Assembly: GCA_051362555.1 (NCBI GenBank)
Contig: CM120646.1
Coordinates: 6,262,001-6,326,000, forward strand
Origin: Lingula anatina
Lineage: Eukaryota > Animalia > Brachiopoda
DNA: 64,000 nucleotides
Direction: 5' to 3'
The translations under genes were made by a program, and so were the position numbers. This document shows positions 38,916 to 52,200 of this stretch, one piece after another. Position 1 is the first letter of the stretch; every line of letters starts with the position of its first letter. Under the pieces are notes generated by a model that worked only from the letters and a program-made list of their open reading frames with translations, was not told the origin of the DNA and did no database searches.

Positions 38916-41191
38916 ATGGATTTCTTAGTTTGTTTATGTTTACTTATAGATTGACAGCAGGGGGGAGTCCATTGAGAAGAAAATATCCAAACTTGACCAG
39001 GAGCTGAAAAAATATAAAGACCAGATGGCGAAAATGAGGAATGGTCCATCAAAGGTATTAAATATGGATATAATATTTAAATTATAGTGGTGCCTATACT
39101 GAAAGGTAGTTTAATATATTCCGATAGTTAATTATATTCATTAAATAATTTGTCTACTTTCTGTATCTTATTATTCTAATTCCCTGTCTTGTTTCTTTCA
39201 GAATATGGTAAAGCAAAAAGCCATGCGAGTGTTAAAACAGAAGAAAATGTAAGTGTTACAGTAACATGATGTCACTGTCAGACAAGTTCATTGTAACTTA
39301 TATAGTACATGTGTGCTTTTATGGTAAAAATAATGGAACGAAAGTTTACTGGTGTTGATGGTCATTGTCAAAACTTTAAATAACCTTTATTGTACCTCTT
39401 TATATGGTATATTATTTTTGTTTATCGTCAAAACATTGGGTTGATTATTCAAAACTGAATTGTACCTTGTGTTGAAAGTCAAGATATTTTTGATGCACTA
39501 AATTGTTATCCTTATTGATTATTATTATTAATTATTATTATTATTATTAATTATTCTTGCTCGTTAAGGTATGAAAGCCAACGAGAACAACTGATGCAGC
39601 AGTCATTTAATTTAGAGCAGCAAAACTTTGCCATAAATACTGTCAAAGATACAAAAACCACTGTAAGTACATTTTTGTGGAAGTCTTGCTGCTACACTTA
39701 TCTGTGAGATTTTTTTTGTAACAGGCTACAAGAAGATAAAACTGTCTTTTTAATTGTTTAATTTGTACGTTCTGTGTAAATGTTGCAGACTTAAGGCCAA
39801 GTTGCTGAATTGCATTTGTCGTCTTTGTCATAAATGTAAATGTGCAGCATATCTGTATACTGTGATTCAAATTCATTTGCACACTATAGATTGGAATTAT
39901 TATTAGTTTATATTCCCCTGTTGTAAGTTTATTATAAGTTTATATTCCTTTGTTGTAGGTTGATGCCATGAAGGTTGGGGTGAAATCTTTCAAAAAAGAG
40001 TTTAAGAATATTAATATTGATCAAATTGAGGTGAGAAATATTCATGTTAACTTTATCTTTCTATTGCTTTGTCAAAAATCTGCTGCTGCTAAAAGGGATT
40101 TTCCATAAGCATTCCTTATTTAAACATGATAACATGTTTGCCAAATAAGATGACCTCATAAAGAAATTGTGAGTTAATATCTAGTTTACTGTTGTAATTG
40201 CTTATAACTATTAAAAAAAAGGAACAATTTTTTCCTTCATTGTGTGAATTTTCATTGGAGATTGGTTACTAGTACATTATGCAAAGCAGTTTTACCATTT
40301 ACATTTTTTGCCTTATAAATTTAACAACACAAAAAATAGGGATATACAAAATAAGTTTCATATACATATATATTTTCCATGTTTAAGAACCTACAAGATG
40401 ATATGGAGGATCTTATGGAGCAAGCCAATGAAGTGCAAGAAATCATGGGGCGTAGTTACGGAATGCCAGAATTGGACGATGACGACCTAGAAGCGGAACT
40501 GGACGCGTTGGGTGATGAGATAGGATTTGACGAGGACACCACATATTTAGACGAAGTGGCGGCTCCCAGTGCACCAACATCAGTACCTGGCGCTGAAAGC
40601 ACACGGACACAGGTAAGAGGGATATAATATTGAAAAACAAAAGAATATAATTATAAATATAATAGTAATGATAAATGATAACGGTGCTTAAAGCTGATGT
40701 TGCTTTTTAGCTTCAAGAGTGCTGTGTTTTGGACCTCCTACTTTTGATGGTCCTTTTTTTTCCAGATTTTTTGTATTAAATCATGGAGCCAAGTGGTTTG
40801 TCTTATTAGGAAAAAAAGACTATTTCCTTATTTTTAAATCCTGGCTAAACCGCTTAGTCACCTGGCAGAAACTTTATATGACATGATATTATTTGTTTCA
40901 AACACATTTTTGAGGAAATATCCTTTATGTGCCACTTTTAACACACATGTAGTCCCAGAAATGTGATGAGTAGAACATGATGTGCCTGTGTCAAGTTTTG
41001 GTTTTAATTTTAAAGGATATTACAGCAGATAATCTTTTTTTTTTGTTGACACTCAAAATTGAATTGAATTGAATTTAAAATCTGTTCTGTTTCTGTTGTC
41101 AGCATGAATTCTTAATTATTTTGACCATTTGTCATTCTAGGATGGAGTACCAGTGGATGAGTTTGGGCTGCCACAGATACCTGCCCAGTAA
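38432..41191 (+). CDS. CHMP5: Charged multivesicular body protein 5 (ESCRT-III, Vps60/SNF7 family), 220 aa
   Basis: Exons 38432-38500, 38950-39054, 39202-39248, 39569-39662, 39959-40030, 40388-40612 and 41141-41191, all GT-AG, total 663 nt. Translation [39 protein letters not shown]...[18 protein letters not shown]...[23 protein letters not shown]...[12 protein letters not shown] follows CHMP5 end to end. Confidence 0.97.
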
Positions 41192-42069
41192 CAGTGACAT
41201 ATGAAAGACAATAACAATGACAGCGACATTGATAAAAATGACAGTAACAATGACAAAAACAATATAGCCATCAACAGTGTTACACAGTGAGAAATTTCCA
41301 ACAGTTCAGAAGTTATCTGTTGTAGAGCTTTATTAGAATGTGTAACATAATGAAAAATTGTTGATGATTATGGAAGGTATTATTTTGTGAAGCTGTCTAG
41401 GAATATGCCATTCATTTCAGACATACTTATTCTGTATTTAAGACTTCCCAAACTTGTTCCATTTAGACACAGATCTTGTTCACTTAAGGCTGTAATACAA
41501 AGACTTAAAACTGATGTCTGTTCATCGTCAATATTGGTAGCAGCTGGCCTTATTGTAATCAAAGAGACGACCCCACAGTATGACTTCAAATAATTCACTG
41601 AAAAGGACTTTTTCACATTTTTGGTAAAGATTTTCATTTTACGATGTGAACATTTATTTTTTTTCTTTTCTTTTTTTACTTCTAATTTATTTTTCCTTGA
41701 CACACAGAAAAATGTGATGGCTGAAAGAAAAAGAGAAAGTTGTTTGATGGAATAATGCTGTGGGTTACAATATTTAGAATAAAGTTAACTCACTTCATTA
41801 AGTCAGACTATGGAACTGCACTACAGCGTTATTTTGTCCTATTTCTTATATTTCAAATTTAGTGATATTTAACAAATTTGTTCATTGTTAGTCAAGAAGT
41901 ATGTTTAATACCTTATCCCCCCCTCATTGATTATCATGTATGAAAACGTGAATGCAGTATAACTGTCATTTTTGCAATGAATTTTTACATTTTATAAAAT
42001 CAAATTTTTGTCATTGAGTGATAAAAAAAACAAAAAAACAAACAAACTTGCATTGTACCCTGTCCCTAA

Positions 42070-45000
42070 TTGTACCACCAGCGTTAGCGCTGGCGGTACA
42101 CATGGTTTCGGTCCCGTCCGGATCGTTCCGCCGGCTCCGCCGGACGGCTACCGTTACCGCTTCTCCTCCTAGACGGTAAGGGCCCCCGTACCCATCTCAT
42201 GGATTTAGGTCACCTATAATCTCAACTCGTTCCACGGAAAATTTGGGCTTTGTCGGTATTGGGGTCTGGGTGTGGCACTCATTACAATGCACCCTTGTCT
42301 AAAAATGGCAAAATTAAATGCCAATTATCTACCCTACGGAAGGAGTTATGGGAAAAATTTCTATAGACGGCCTTCCAAAAGTCATATGTGTAGATTTCAA
42401 ATATACCCTTGGATTTGACCTTTGACCTTTACTTCAAGGTCAAATGGGTCAAAATTTTCAAAAAAATGAAATTTTTTACGAAAAAAATTTTTTTTACCCT
42501 GTTATTCAGACACTACACAGACTTAACCAATAATATTATTGGAAAGTGTTACCCTTCAGGTCATCTTTCATCTCCATGAATTTGGGGTCAATCGGTGCAT
42601 TTTCACGGGAGTAGCGGCCATAAGATACCGAAACTGAAAACTGTCTCTAATTCGGGAACCGTTAATGCTAGAGACCCATTCTTTTTTGCATTTTGTAGAG
42701 CATGTAAAGCCCAACACTGGAGGTGGTCTCGGTTTTTTTGTATTCCATACGGTTTTCGAGTTACGCTGTATCAAAAAGTACATATTGGTGGTAAAAGCAA
42801 AATGTGCAGTACGGTAATGGATAATAAATTTTGAACTCTGGAAAAATAAAACATAAGGCTTGGCAAAGCAGACAACTTGTGGTCAAAAATGACATTATTT
42901 CATCAAATTTGAACTTCTGAAACTTCAGAGCACCTCCTATTTCAAGAATTTTGACCAAAATGACATTTTCTTTATTTTAATTAATTTTTTCTGTACGAAA
43001 TTTAAGGCACATTATGGTAATTATAACATTTAGTCCCTTATATCTCCAAAACTGGCAGAGATAGGTCCATAGTTACTATTGAAGTTGAATAGGAAGTCAT
43101 ATACTGGCAATCTTACTGTGACATTGAAATTGACCTTTGACCTACTTTTCACCATGAACTGAACTTTGCAAATTTTGCTTCCCTTTTATCTCCAAAACTG
43201 GCAGAGATAGGTCCATAGTTACTATTGAACTTGAATAGGAAGTCATATACTGGCAATCTAAATGTGACCTTGAAATTGACCTTTGACCTACTTTTCACCA
43301 TGAACTGAACTTTGCAAATTTTGCTTCCCTTTTATCTCCAAAACTGGCAGAGATAGGTCCATAGTTACTATTGAACTTGAATAGGAAGTCATATACTGGC
43401 AATCTAAATGTGACCTTGCAATTGACCTTTGACCTACTTTTCACCATGAATTGAAATTTGCAAATTTTGCTTTCCTTTTATCTCCAAAACTGGCAGAGAT
43501 AGGTCCGTAGTTACTATTGAACTTGAATAGGAAGTCATATACTGGCAATCTATATGTGACCTTAAAATTGACCTTTGACCTACTTTTCACCATGAACTGA
43601 ACTTTGCAAATTTTGCTTCCCTTTTATCTCCAAAACTGGCAGAGATAGGTCCATAGTTACTATTGAACTTGAATAGGAAGTCATATACTGGCAATCTAAA
43701 TGTGACCTTGAAATTGACCTTTGACCTACTTTTCACCATGAACTGAACTTTGCAAATTTTGCTTCCCTTTTATCTCCAAAACTGGCAGAGATAGGTCCAT
43801 AGTTACTATTGAACTTGAATAGGAAGTCATATACTGGCAATCTAAATGTGACCTTGCAATTGACCTTTGACCTACTTTTCACCATGAATTGAAATTTGCA
43901 AATTTTGCTTTCCTTTTATCTCCAAAACTGGCAGAGATAGGTCCGTAGTTACTATTGAACTTGAATAGGAAGTCATATACTGGCAATCTATATGTGACCT
44001 TAAAATTGACCTTTGACCTACTTTTCACCATGAACTGAACTTTGCAAATTTTGCTTTCCTTTTATCTCCAAAACTGGCTGAGATAGGTCCGTAGTTACTA
44101 TTGAACTTGAATAGAAAGTCATATACTGGCAATCTAAATGTGACCTTGAAATTGACCTTTGACCTACTTTTCACCATGAATTAAACTTTGCAAATTTTGC
44201 TTTCATTTTATCTCCAAAACTGGCAGAGATAGGTCCGTAGTTACTATTGAACTTGAATAGGAAGTCATATACTAGCAATCTAAATGTGACCTTGAAATTG
44301 ACCTTTGACCTACTTTTCACCATGAATTGAACTTTGCAAATTTTGCTTTCCTTTTATCTCCAAAACTGGCAGAGATAGGTCCGTAGTTACTATTGAACTT
44401 GAATAGGAAGTCATATACTGGCAATCTATATGTGACCTTAAAATTGACCTTTGACCTACTTTTCACCATGAACTGAACTTTGCAAATTTTGCTTTCCATT
44501 AATCTCCAAAACTGGCTGAGATAGGTCCGTAGTTACTATTGAACTTGAATAGGAAGTCATATACTGGCAATCTAAATGTGACCTTGAAATTGACCTTTGA
44601 CCTACTTTTCACCATGAATTGAATTTTGCAAATTTTCTTCCCTTTTATCTCCAAAACTGGCAGAGATAGGTCCGTAGTTACTATTGAACTTGAATAGGAA
44701 GTCATATACTGGCAATCTATATGTGACCTTAAAATTGACCTTTGACCTACTTTTCACCATGAACTGAACTTTGCAAATTTTTCTTCCTTTTTATCTCCAA
44801 AACTGGCAGAGATAGGTCCATAGTTACTATTGAACTTGAATAGGAAGTCATATACTGGCAATCTAAATGTGACCTTAAAATGGACCTTTGACCTACTTTA
44901 CACCATGAACTGAATTTTGCAAATTTTGCTTTCCTTTTATCTCCAAAACTGGCAGAGATAGGTCCATAGTTACTATTGAACTTGAATAGGAAGTCATATA

Positions 45001-45683
45001 CTGGCAATATAAATGTGACTTTAAAATTGACCTTTGACCTACTTTTCACCATAAACTGAACTTTGCAAATTTTGCTTCCCTTTTATCTCCAAAACTGGCA
45101 GAGATAGGTCCATAGTTACTATTGAACTTGACAAGAAAGTCATATACTGGCAATCTAAATGTGACCTTGAAATTGACCTTTGACATACTTTTCACCTTGA
45201 ACTGAATTTTGCAAATTTTCTTCCCTTTTATCTCCAAAACTGGCAGAGATAGATCCATAGTTACTATTGAACTTGATTAGGAAGTCCTATACTGGCAATC
45301 TAAGTGTGACCTTGAAATTGACCTTTGACCTACTTTTTATCATGAAGTGAACTCTGCTAATTTCTTTCTCTTTTAACTTTAAACTTGACAGAGATAGGTC
45401 CATAGTTACTCTTGAACTTGAATAGGAAGTCATATACTGGCAATTTACTGTGACCTTGAAATTGACCCTTGACCTATCTTACAAAGAACTTAAATTTGAT
45501 TGTACCATATATATTTTTTGCAATAGTTTAAAAATTCTTGTTGATTGTATTTTTACAGCTTGTCAAGCACAAAACTGGTGGCTGTGTCCCTTATTTTGTG
45601 TATGTGGGGGTCTATACGAATGCGCTTGCTCCAGCTGGTGGTACAATATTCGGAGGCGGTATCGCCTCTCTGATCCTCTAGTT
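42070..45683 (+). mobile_element. Non-autonomous Helentron-associated (HINE-type) element, family B
   Basis: 5' TTGTACCACCAGC-gtta-GCGCTGGCGGTACA stem-loop, central 146-bp array, 3' subTIR GCTGGTGGTACAA, hairpin GAGGCG-gtat-CGCCTC and terminal CTAGTT. No TSD. A second copy lies at 49250-52548. Confidence 0.85.
43041..45480 (+). repeat. 146-bp tandem repeat array (~16.5 units) inside HINE family B
   Basis: TATCTCCAAAACTGGCAGAG starts at 43041, 43187, 43333 and so on. No variable spacers. Confidence 0.95.
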
Positions 45684-48282
45684 CCTTGGGGGTTTTGTTA
45701 ATTTTGTATTTAAATAAATCAGTTGGGTGAATGAGTGAAGTACACCTTTCATTTTTCCTTGTATACTGTACAATAAATTATTTTCAGTTAATGAAATATA
45801 CATATATATGTAAATCATTTCCAAGACTCTTTAAGCATGATACCAATTTTTTTCATACTGTTTGGAAAATAGTCTTGTTTACTTTGAGCTATGAAAATTT
45901 ACAAGCTGTTGAAATCTAGAGCCTGATTGATGCTTTGCAGATTGATAATTTAGTCATTAAGAGAAGATAAGTGGTTTTAACCTTTTTTAATTTCAGGGTT
46001 TACACTCATGTATATGCTCATCTTTGCTTAAACGCATTTTGTTGCCATGTAAAAATAAAATTGTTTATAGTATTTTGCCATGATTTTCTTATCTTCAAGC
46101 AAAATGTTTTGCCAGAGAAAACTGAAAAATAGTTTGACGGTGGACAGATGTGAAGTTCCATGTGGAAATTGGCTTTATGCTTATTTTTTTAGGTCTCTGT
46201 AATGTCGATTCTGACTCAAGGTGCAGGATAATCAAGCAGTAATTTGAGCCAAATAATATGCTTATGTGGATATCCTTTCTGAAGAAATAACAGAACTACA
46301 GTTTTGAAATTGAACTAACAAGTATATTTCTCATGTATTTATACAGAAATGCTTGAGTATTGCTTAAGAGATTTCTACTGTCTTACAATGCATTGAAAAA
46401 GCAATGTGGAATGTATTTGAAAAGTTTGCATAGCCACAGTTAATATCTGCTAAATAAATAGAATTCTCATCATGATCATAATTTACTTGGAAGACATTCT
46501 GAAATGCCAATATTCCTAGTATATCTTGCGTAATAATGGAATGTGAAACAGTTATCTCAATAATAAATGTTTCTAAAAATCTTGCATTGTCACAAAAAGA
46601 AAAAAATATCAATTTATCTTACATGCATAATAGTAAATATCTAGAAAGACATACAAATATATTTTAATATTTACTCAAAGCATTTCTTTAAATCCATAAA
46701 ACTACAAAAAGCATTGCACGACTAGAAATCATCAGATTGCATATTTTGAATGAGAGTCCATTGGCTAAGTTCAAATTATAAGTTACCAGTCCAGCAGGAT
46801 CACTGTATCTCTGAGGGGATTCTTGCTTAAGTGGACTCGATGTAATCGGCTAAATTGTCTGGCTTGCCCCCTCCAGATGCTAGGGGGTAAATTTTCTTTC
46901 GTGGCTGTTGGAGGGGTTTCAAATTGTGTTTAAGAACAAGTAGTGGAGACAAACTTCTTAACATTATCAAACTGGCCATCACCCCAGTTTGACCTTGAAA
47001 TAATAATAAAATTGTATCGAGATTTTTCCTCACTTTATCTGCATTTTAAGTACTTACACTTGTACAGCTGGTTAAACGCTGTTGACCTTTAGCAAAATTT
47101 TTTTATTACAACCTTTAACTATTTTCTTACATAAGTCTAAAAGTATCAAAATGATTTTTTTGTTTTGTGAAATATTGAAGACTTCCAGGCAGTCAAAGGT
47201 TTTGAATTGTGTTAGCTCAATAAATTCATATGTATGACTAATGAGAAGCATATTCAGAAAAAATGTAACAAAAATATAAACATTGTTTGGCATATTATAT
47301 AACTAACACTAATTCAGCTGTTTTTATAAGCTGCACCAAAGTTAACACTTGCATTTTCACTTTCTTCAAATGAGTGCAAGTTTAATAGCAATGGCCGGGA
47401 TTATATTTTATCCAATGTATACAAGTGGCTGTACAGGGGCCGAGTACAGTGGCGGTAAAACATCAGAATAACCTTGACCAATCCAATGACCACTGCTACT
47501 CCAAGGATCGCCACGGTGATGATGGAATTGCGCTTCTCGGGATCCCAGTTCTTGGCAAGGCTTCCACTCAGAGCGAGAATAAGGACAATGATTGGGCTGA
47601 AGTTGTAACGGGTGTATCGATCAAAGACAAAAATATCCAGACCAAACCAGACCAAAATCTCTCCTGCAAGGACGCCCAAAACAATGGTGCATGCAATGTC
47701 CTGTTTAATGCCTATGGTGTATGACAGGACTATGGCGGTGTTCAGGAGTGAGGCAATTGTACACCAGGTGGCGTAGAAGGCCAAGCCATTCTGGACAAAG
47801 AATCTAATCATCCAGTCTATCTAATCATTCACTGACTTCATGCTGACCAGGTTCGGCGCTATCTTCTCAAGTTGGCGATGGGTCAAGAAAATTGCCACGT
47901 AGAGTGAGAAAGTTATAAGAAATAGATCCACCATGGACCAGATGATGAGCATGCGATCAAACAGAATAAGCCAAGCGACGTTCAGGACATTGTTGATGAT
48001 GAAGACAAAGAACAGTCCTGTTGGAACAAGCTGTGGATCCACATACAAGTAGCTTCCCATTGTGGACTTGCGGCACATACTGGCCGCCACATAGATCAGC
48101 CATAAGAACTGTAAATAAAATACAAACAATGTTGCATCATGTGCATCAAATCAGGAAGATGAAACTAGACGTACATTAGATTGGAAACTCCCTAATATAT
48201 CTTCAAATTTACCTATTGATTATTATGATTATAAACATACAGATAAATGTTGTTTTTTTGTTTTGTGACAATGCTAGCTTAA

Positions 48283-48618
48283 AGTGATAATAACTCTTCG
48301 TTTCAGCCAAAAAATGAATTTTCCTGGAGTAAACAACAATTTTCCCATACTTACCAATGGTTAATGAATCCATTTTTACATTCAAAGTTAGTCCCTGGTT
48401 TTTTTCTAAAAAGTTTGCTTTTTTGTTAAAATCTCTCAAGAGATTTTAACAGAGTATAGCCATCAATGGAGGTCATGTGGTCTAAAGACAAGCTCAGATA
48501 TCAGAATAATAGCTATAACTGCCATTTTTGTGGTAAAACAGAATATATTATATTTCTATGAGTTATTCACAATGTTTTATTGTGAAATATAGATCTCATA
48601 CAAAGAGTTATTATCCCT
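48283..48618. mobile_element. Kolobok-like MITE with TTAA TSD
   Basis: TTAA|AGTGATAATAACTCTT ... AAGAGTTATTATCCCT|TTAA. Confidence 0.75.
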
Positions 48619-49249
48619 TTAAATTAAGTAAGATTTTAAAAATGTTTCACCACAAACTACATTCAAATTTATGACTTTCATGAATCTTTTATCTTGTTCA
48701 CAACAGACATATTTACTACTAACTTACATCTGAAATTCACACAGACACAATCACACAAAAACCATAACCCACGTTATCTCTGATACAAGAGATGCACTCT
48801 ACTGTACCTGCCAAGTGTAGATAAAGCCCCAGATTGAGAAAGTCCAGCCAGCAGGTGTGATTTCAAGGTAAAAATAGTCCGAGACATCCCCAGTGTTGTT
48901 CAGAAACAAACCTGCAAATGTTTGTGATGGTCATTCGGTGTTATAATGTAATTATATAAAATCAGATTATATTTTAATAAATCATTTTTGGGAAGAGAGT
49001 CCCTGTAAATTTTGTCTTATTTATGCTACTTAACTGTAAATTCCTACATGGTTATTACTGTTGTTGTTAATTAAAAAAATTGTTATTCTTTTCATTTCAT
49101 TATTTATTTATATATTTCTTGCAAGGAAGAAAATAATAATTTGACAACAAAGCTTCAATATACACTAAATTCATAACAGCATAAGAAATATATAGAAACA
49201 TTGAGAAAACATTACAAATTTTTAAGCTGACCAATTCTTATACATTTAA

Positions 49250-52200
49250 TTGTACCACCAGCGTTAGCGCTGGCGGTACACATGGTTTCGGTCTCGTCCG
49301 GATCGTTCCGCCGGCTCCGCCGGCTCCGCCGGACGGCTACCGTTACCGCTTCTCCTCCTAGACGGTAAGGCCCCCCATACCCATCTCATGGATTTAGGTC
49401 ACCTATAATCTCAACTCGTTCCACGGAAAATTTGGGCTTTGTCGGTATTGGGGTCTGGGTGTGGCACTCATTGCAATGCACCCTTGTCCAAAAATGGCAA
49501 AATTAAATGCTAATTATCTACCCTACGGAAGGAGTTACGGGAAAATTTTCTACAGACGGCTTTCCAAAAGTCATATGTGTAGATTTCAAATATACCCTCG
49601 GATTTGACCTTTGACCTTTACTTCAAGGTCAAATGGGCCAAAATTTTCAAAAAAATGAAATTTTTTACGAAAAAAAAATTTTTTGCCCTGTTATTCAGAC
49701 ACCACACAGACTTAACCAATAATATTATTGGAAAGTGTTACCCTTCAGGTCATCTTTCATCTCCGTGAATTTGGGGTCAATCGGTGCATTTTCACAGGAG
49801 TAGCGGCCATAAGATACCGAAACTGAAAACTGTCTCTAATTCGGGAACCGTTAATGCTAGAGACCCATTCTTTTTTGCATTTTGTAGAGCATGTAAAGCC
49901 CAACACTGGAGGTGGTCTCGGTTTTTTTGTATTCCATACGGTTTTCGAGTTACGCTGTATCAAAAAGTACATATTGGTGGTGAAAGGAAAATGTACGGAA
50001 GCCCACTGGTGCCATATGTAGAAAAAAAAATTATCTCGAAATTTCGAGATACTATTTTGAAATTTGAACAAAAAAATTTACCACCAGCGTTAGCGCTGGC
50101 GGTACACATGGTTTCGGTCCCGTCCGGTCCGTTCCGCCGGCTCCGCCGCCATGTTACCGTTACCGCTTCTCCTCCTAGACGGTAAGGGCCCCCGTACCCA
50201 TCTCATGGATTTAGGTCACCTATAATCTCAACTCGTTCCACGTAAAATTTGGGCTTTGTCGGTATTGGGGTCTGGGTGTGGCACTCATTGCAATGCACCC
50301 TTGTCTAAAAATGGCAAAATTAAATGCTAATTATCTACCCTACAGAAGGAGTTACGGGAAAAATTTCTATAGACGGCTTTCCAAAAGTCATATGTGTAGA
50401 TTTCAAATATACCCTCGGATTTGACCTTTGACCTTTACTTCAAGGTCAAATGGGTCAAAATTTTCAAAAAAATGAAATTTTTTACGAAAAAAAATTTTTT
50501 TGCCCTGTTATTCAGACGCCACACAGACTTAACCAATAATATTATTGGAAAGTGTTACCCTTCAGGTCATCTTTCATCTCCGTGAATTTGGGGTCAATCG
50601 GTGCATTTTCACAGGAGTAGCGGCCATAAGATACCGAAACTGAAAACTGTCTCTAATTCGGGAACCGTTAATGCTAGAGACCCATTCTTTTTTGCATTTT
50701 GTAGAGCATGTAAAGCCCAACACTGAAGGTGGTCTCGGTTTTTTTGTATTCCATACGGTTTTCGAGTTACGCTGTATCAGAAAGTACATATTGGTGGTGA
50801 AAGGAAAATGTACGGAAGCCGACTGGTGCCATATGTAGAAAAAAAAATTATCTCGAAATTTCGAGATACTATTTTGAAATTTGAACAAAAAAAATTTTTA
50901 TCTCGAAATTTCGAGATAGCATTTTGAAATTTGAACAAAAAAAAAATTATCTCGAAATTTCGAGATAGCATTTTGATATTTGAGCAAAAAAATTTATCTC
51001 GAAATTTCGAGATAGTATTTTGAAATTTGAACAAAAAAAATGCTATCTCGAAATTTCGAGATAATTTTTTTTTTTCAACATATGGCACCAGTCGGCTTCC
51101 GTAAAAATGTGCAGTACGGTAATGGATAATAAATTTTGAACTCCGGAAAAATAAAACATAATGCTTGGCAAAGCAGACAACTTGTGGTCAAAAATGACAT
51201 TATTTTATCAAATTTAAACTTCTGCAACTTCAGAGAACCTCCCATTTCAAGAACTTTGACCAAAATGACCTTTTCTTTATTTTAATTAATTTTTTCTGTA
51301 GGAAATTTATGGCACATTATGGTAACTCCAAAATTATAACATTTAGTCCCTTATATCTCCAAAACTGGCAGAGATAGGTCCATAGTTACTATTGAAGTTG
51401 AATAGGAAGTCATATACTGGCAATCTAAATGTGACCTTGAAATTGACCTTTGACCTACTTTTCACCATGAACTGAACTTTGCAAATTTTGCTTCCCTTTT
51501 ATCTCCAAAACTGGCAGAGATAGGTCCATAGTTACTATTGAAGTTGAATAGGAAGTCATATACTGGCAATCTTACTGTGACCTTGAAATTGACCTTTGAC
51601 CTACTTTTCACCATGAACTGAACTTTGCAAATTTTGCTTCCCTTTTATCTCCAAAACTGGCAGAGATAGGTCCATAGTTACTATTGAACTTGAATAGGAA
51701 GTCATATACTGGCAATTTTACTGTGACCTTGAAATTGACCTTTGACCTACTTTTCACCTTGAACTGAACTTTGCAAAATTTGCTTCTCTTTTATCTCCAA
51801 AACTGGCAGAGATAGGTCCATAGTTACTATTGAACTTGCATAGGAAGTCATATACTGGCAATTTTACTGTGACCTTGAAATTGACCTTTGACCTTCTTTT
51901 CACCATGAACTGAACTTTGCAAATTTTGCTTCCCTTTTATCTCCAAAACTGGCAGAGATAGGTCCATAGTTACTATTGAAGTTGAATAGGAAGTCATATA
52001 CTGGCAATCTAAATGTGACCTTGAAATTGACCTTTGACCTACTTTTCACCATGAACTGAACTTTGCAAATTTTGCTTCCCTTTTATCTCCAAAACTGGCA
52101 GAGATAGGTCCATAGTTACTATTGAAGTTGAATAGGAAGTCATATACTGGCAATCTTACTGTGACCTTGAAATTGACCTTTGACCTACTTATCACCATGA

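Noticed and set aside
43041-45480. CRISPR-like array or repeat-encoded protein (ORFs 44317-45258)
   Set aside because: Units are contiguous 146-bp repeats with no unique spacers and no cas genes. 146 is not a multiple of 3 and the ORFs are incidental.
47821-47823. Selenocysteine or pyrrolysine recoding of the internal stop
   Set aside because: The codon is TAG (Sec uses TGA and Pyl is not used in animals), and it lies in an insertion absent from the paralog.
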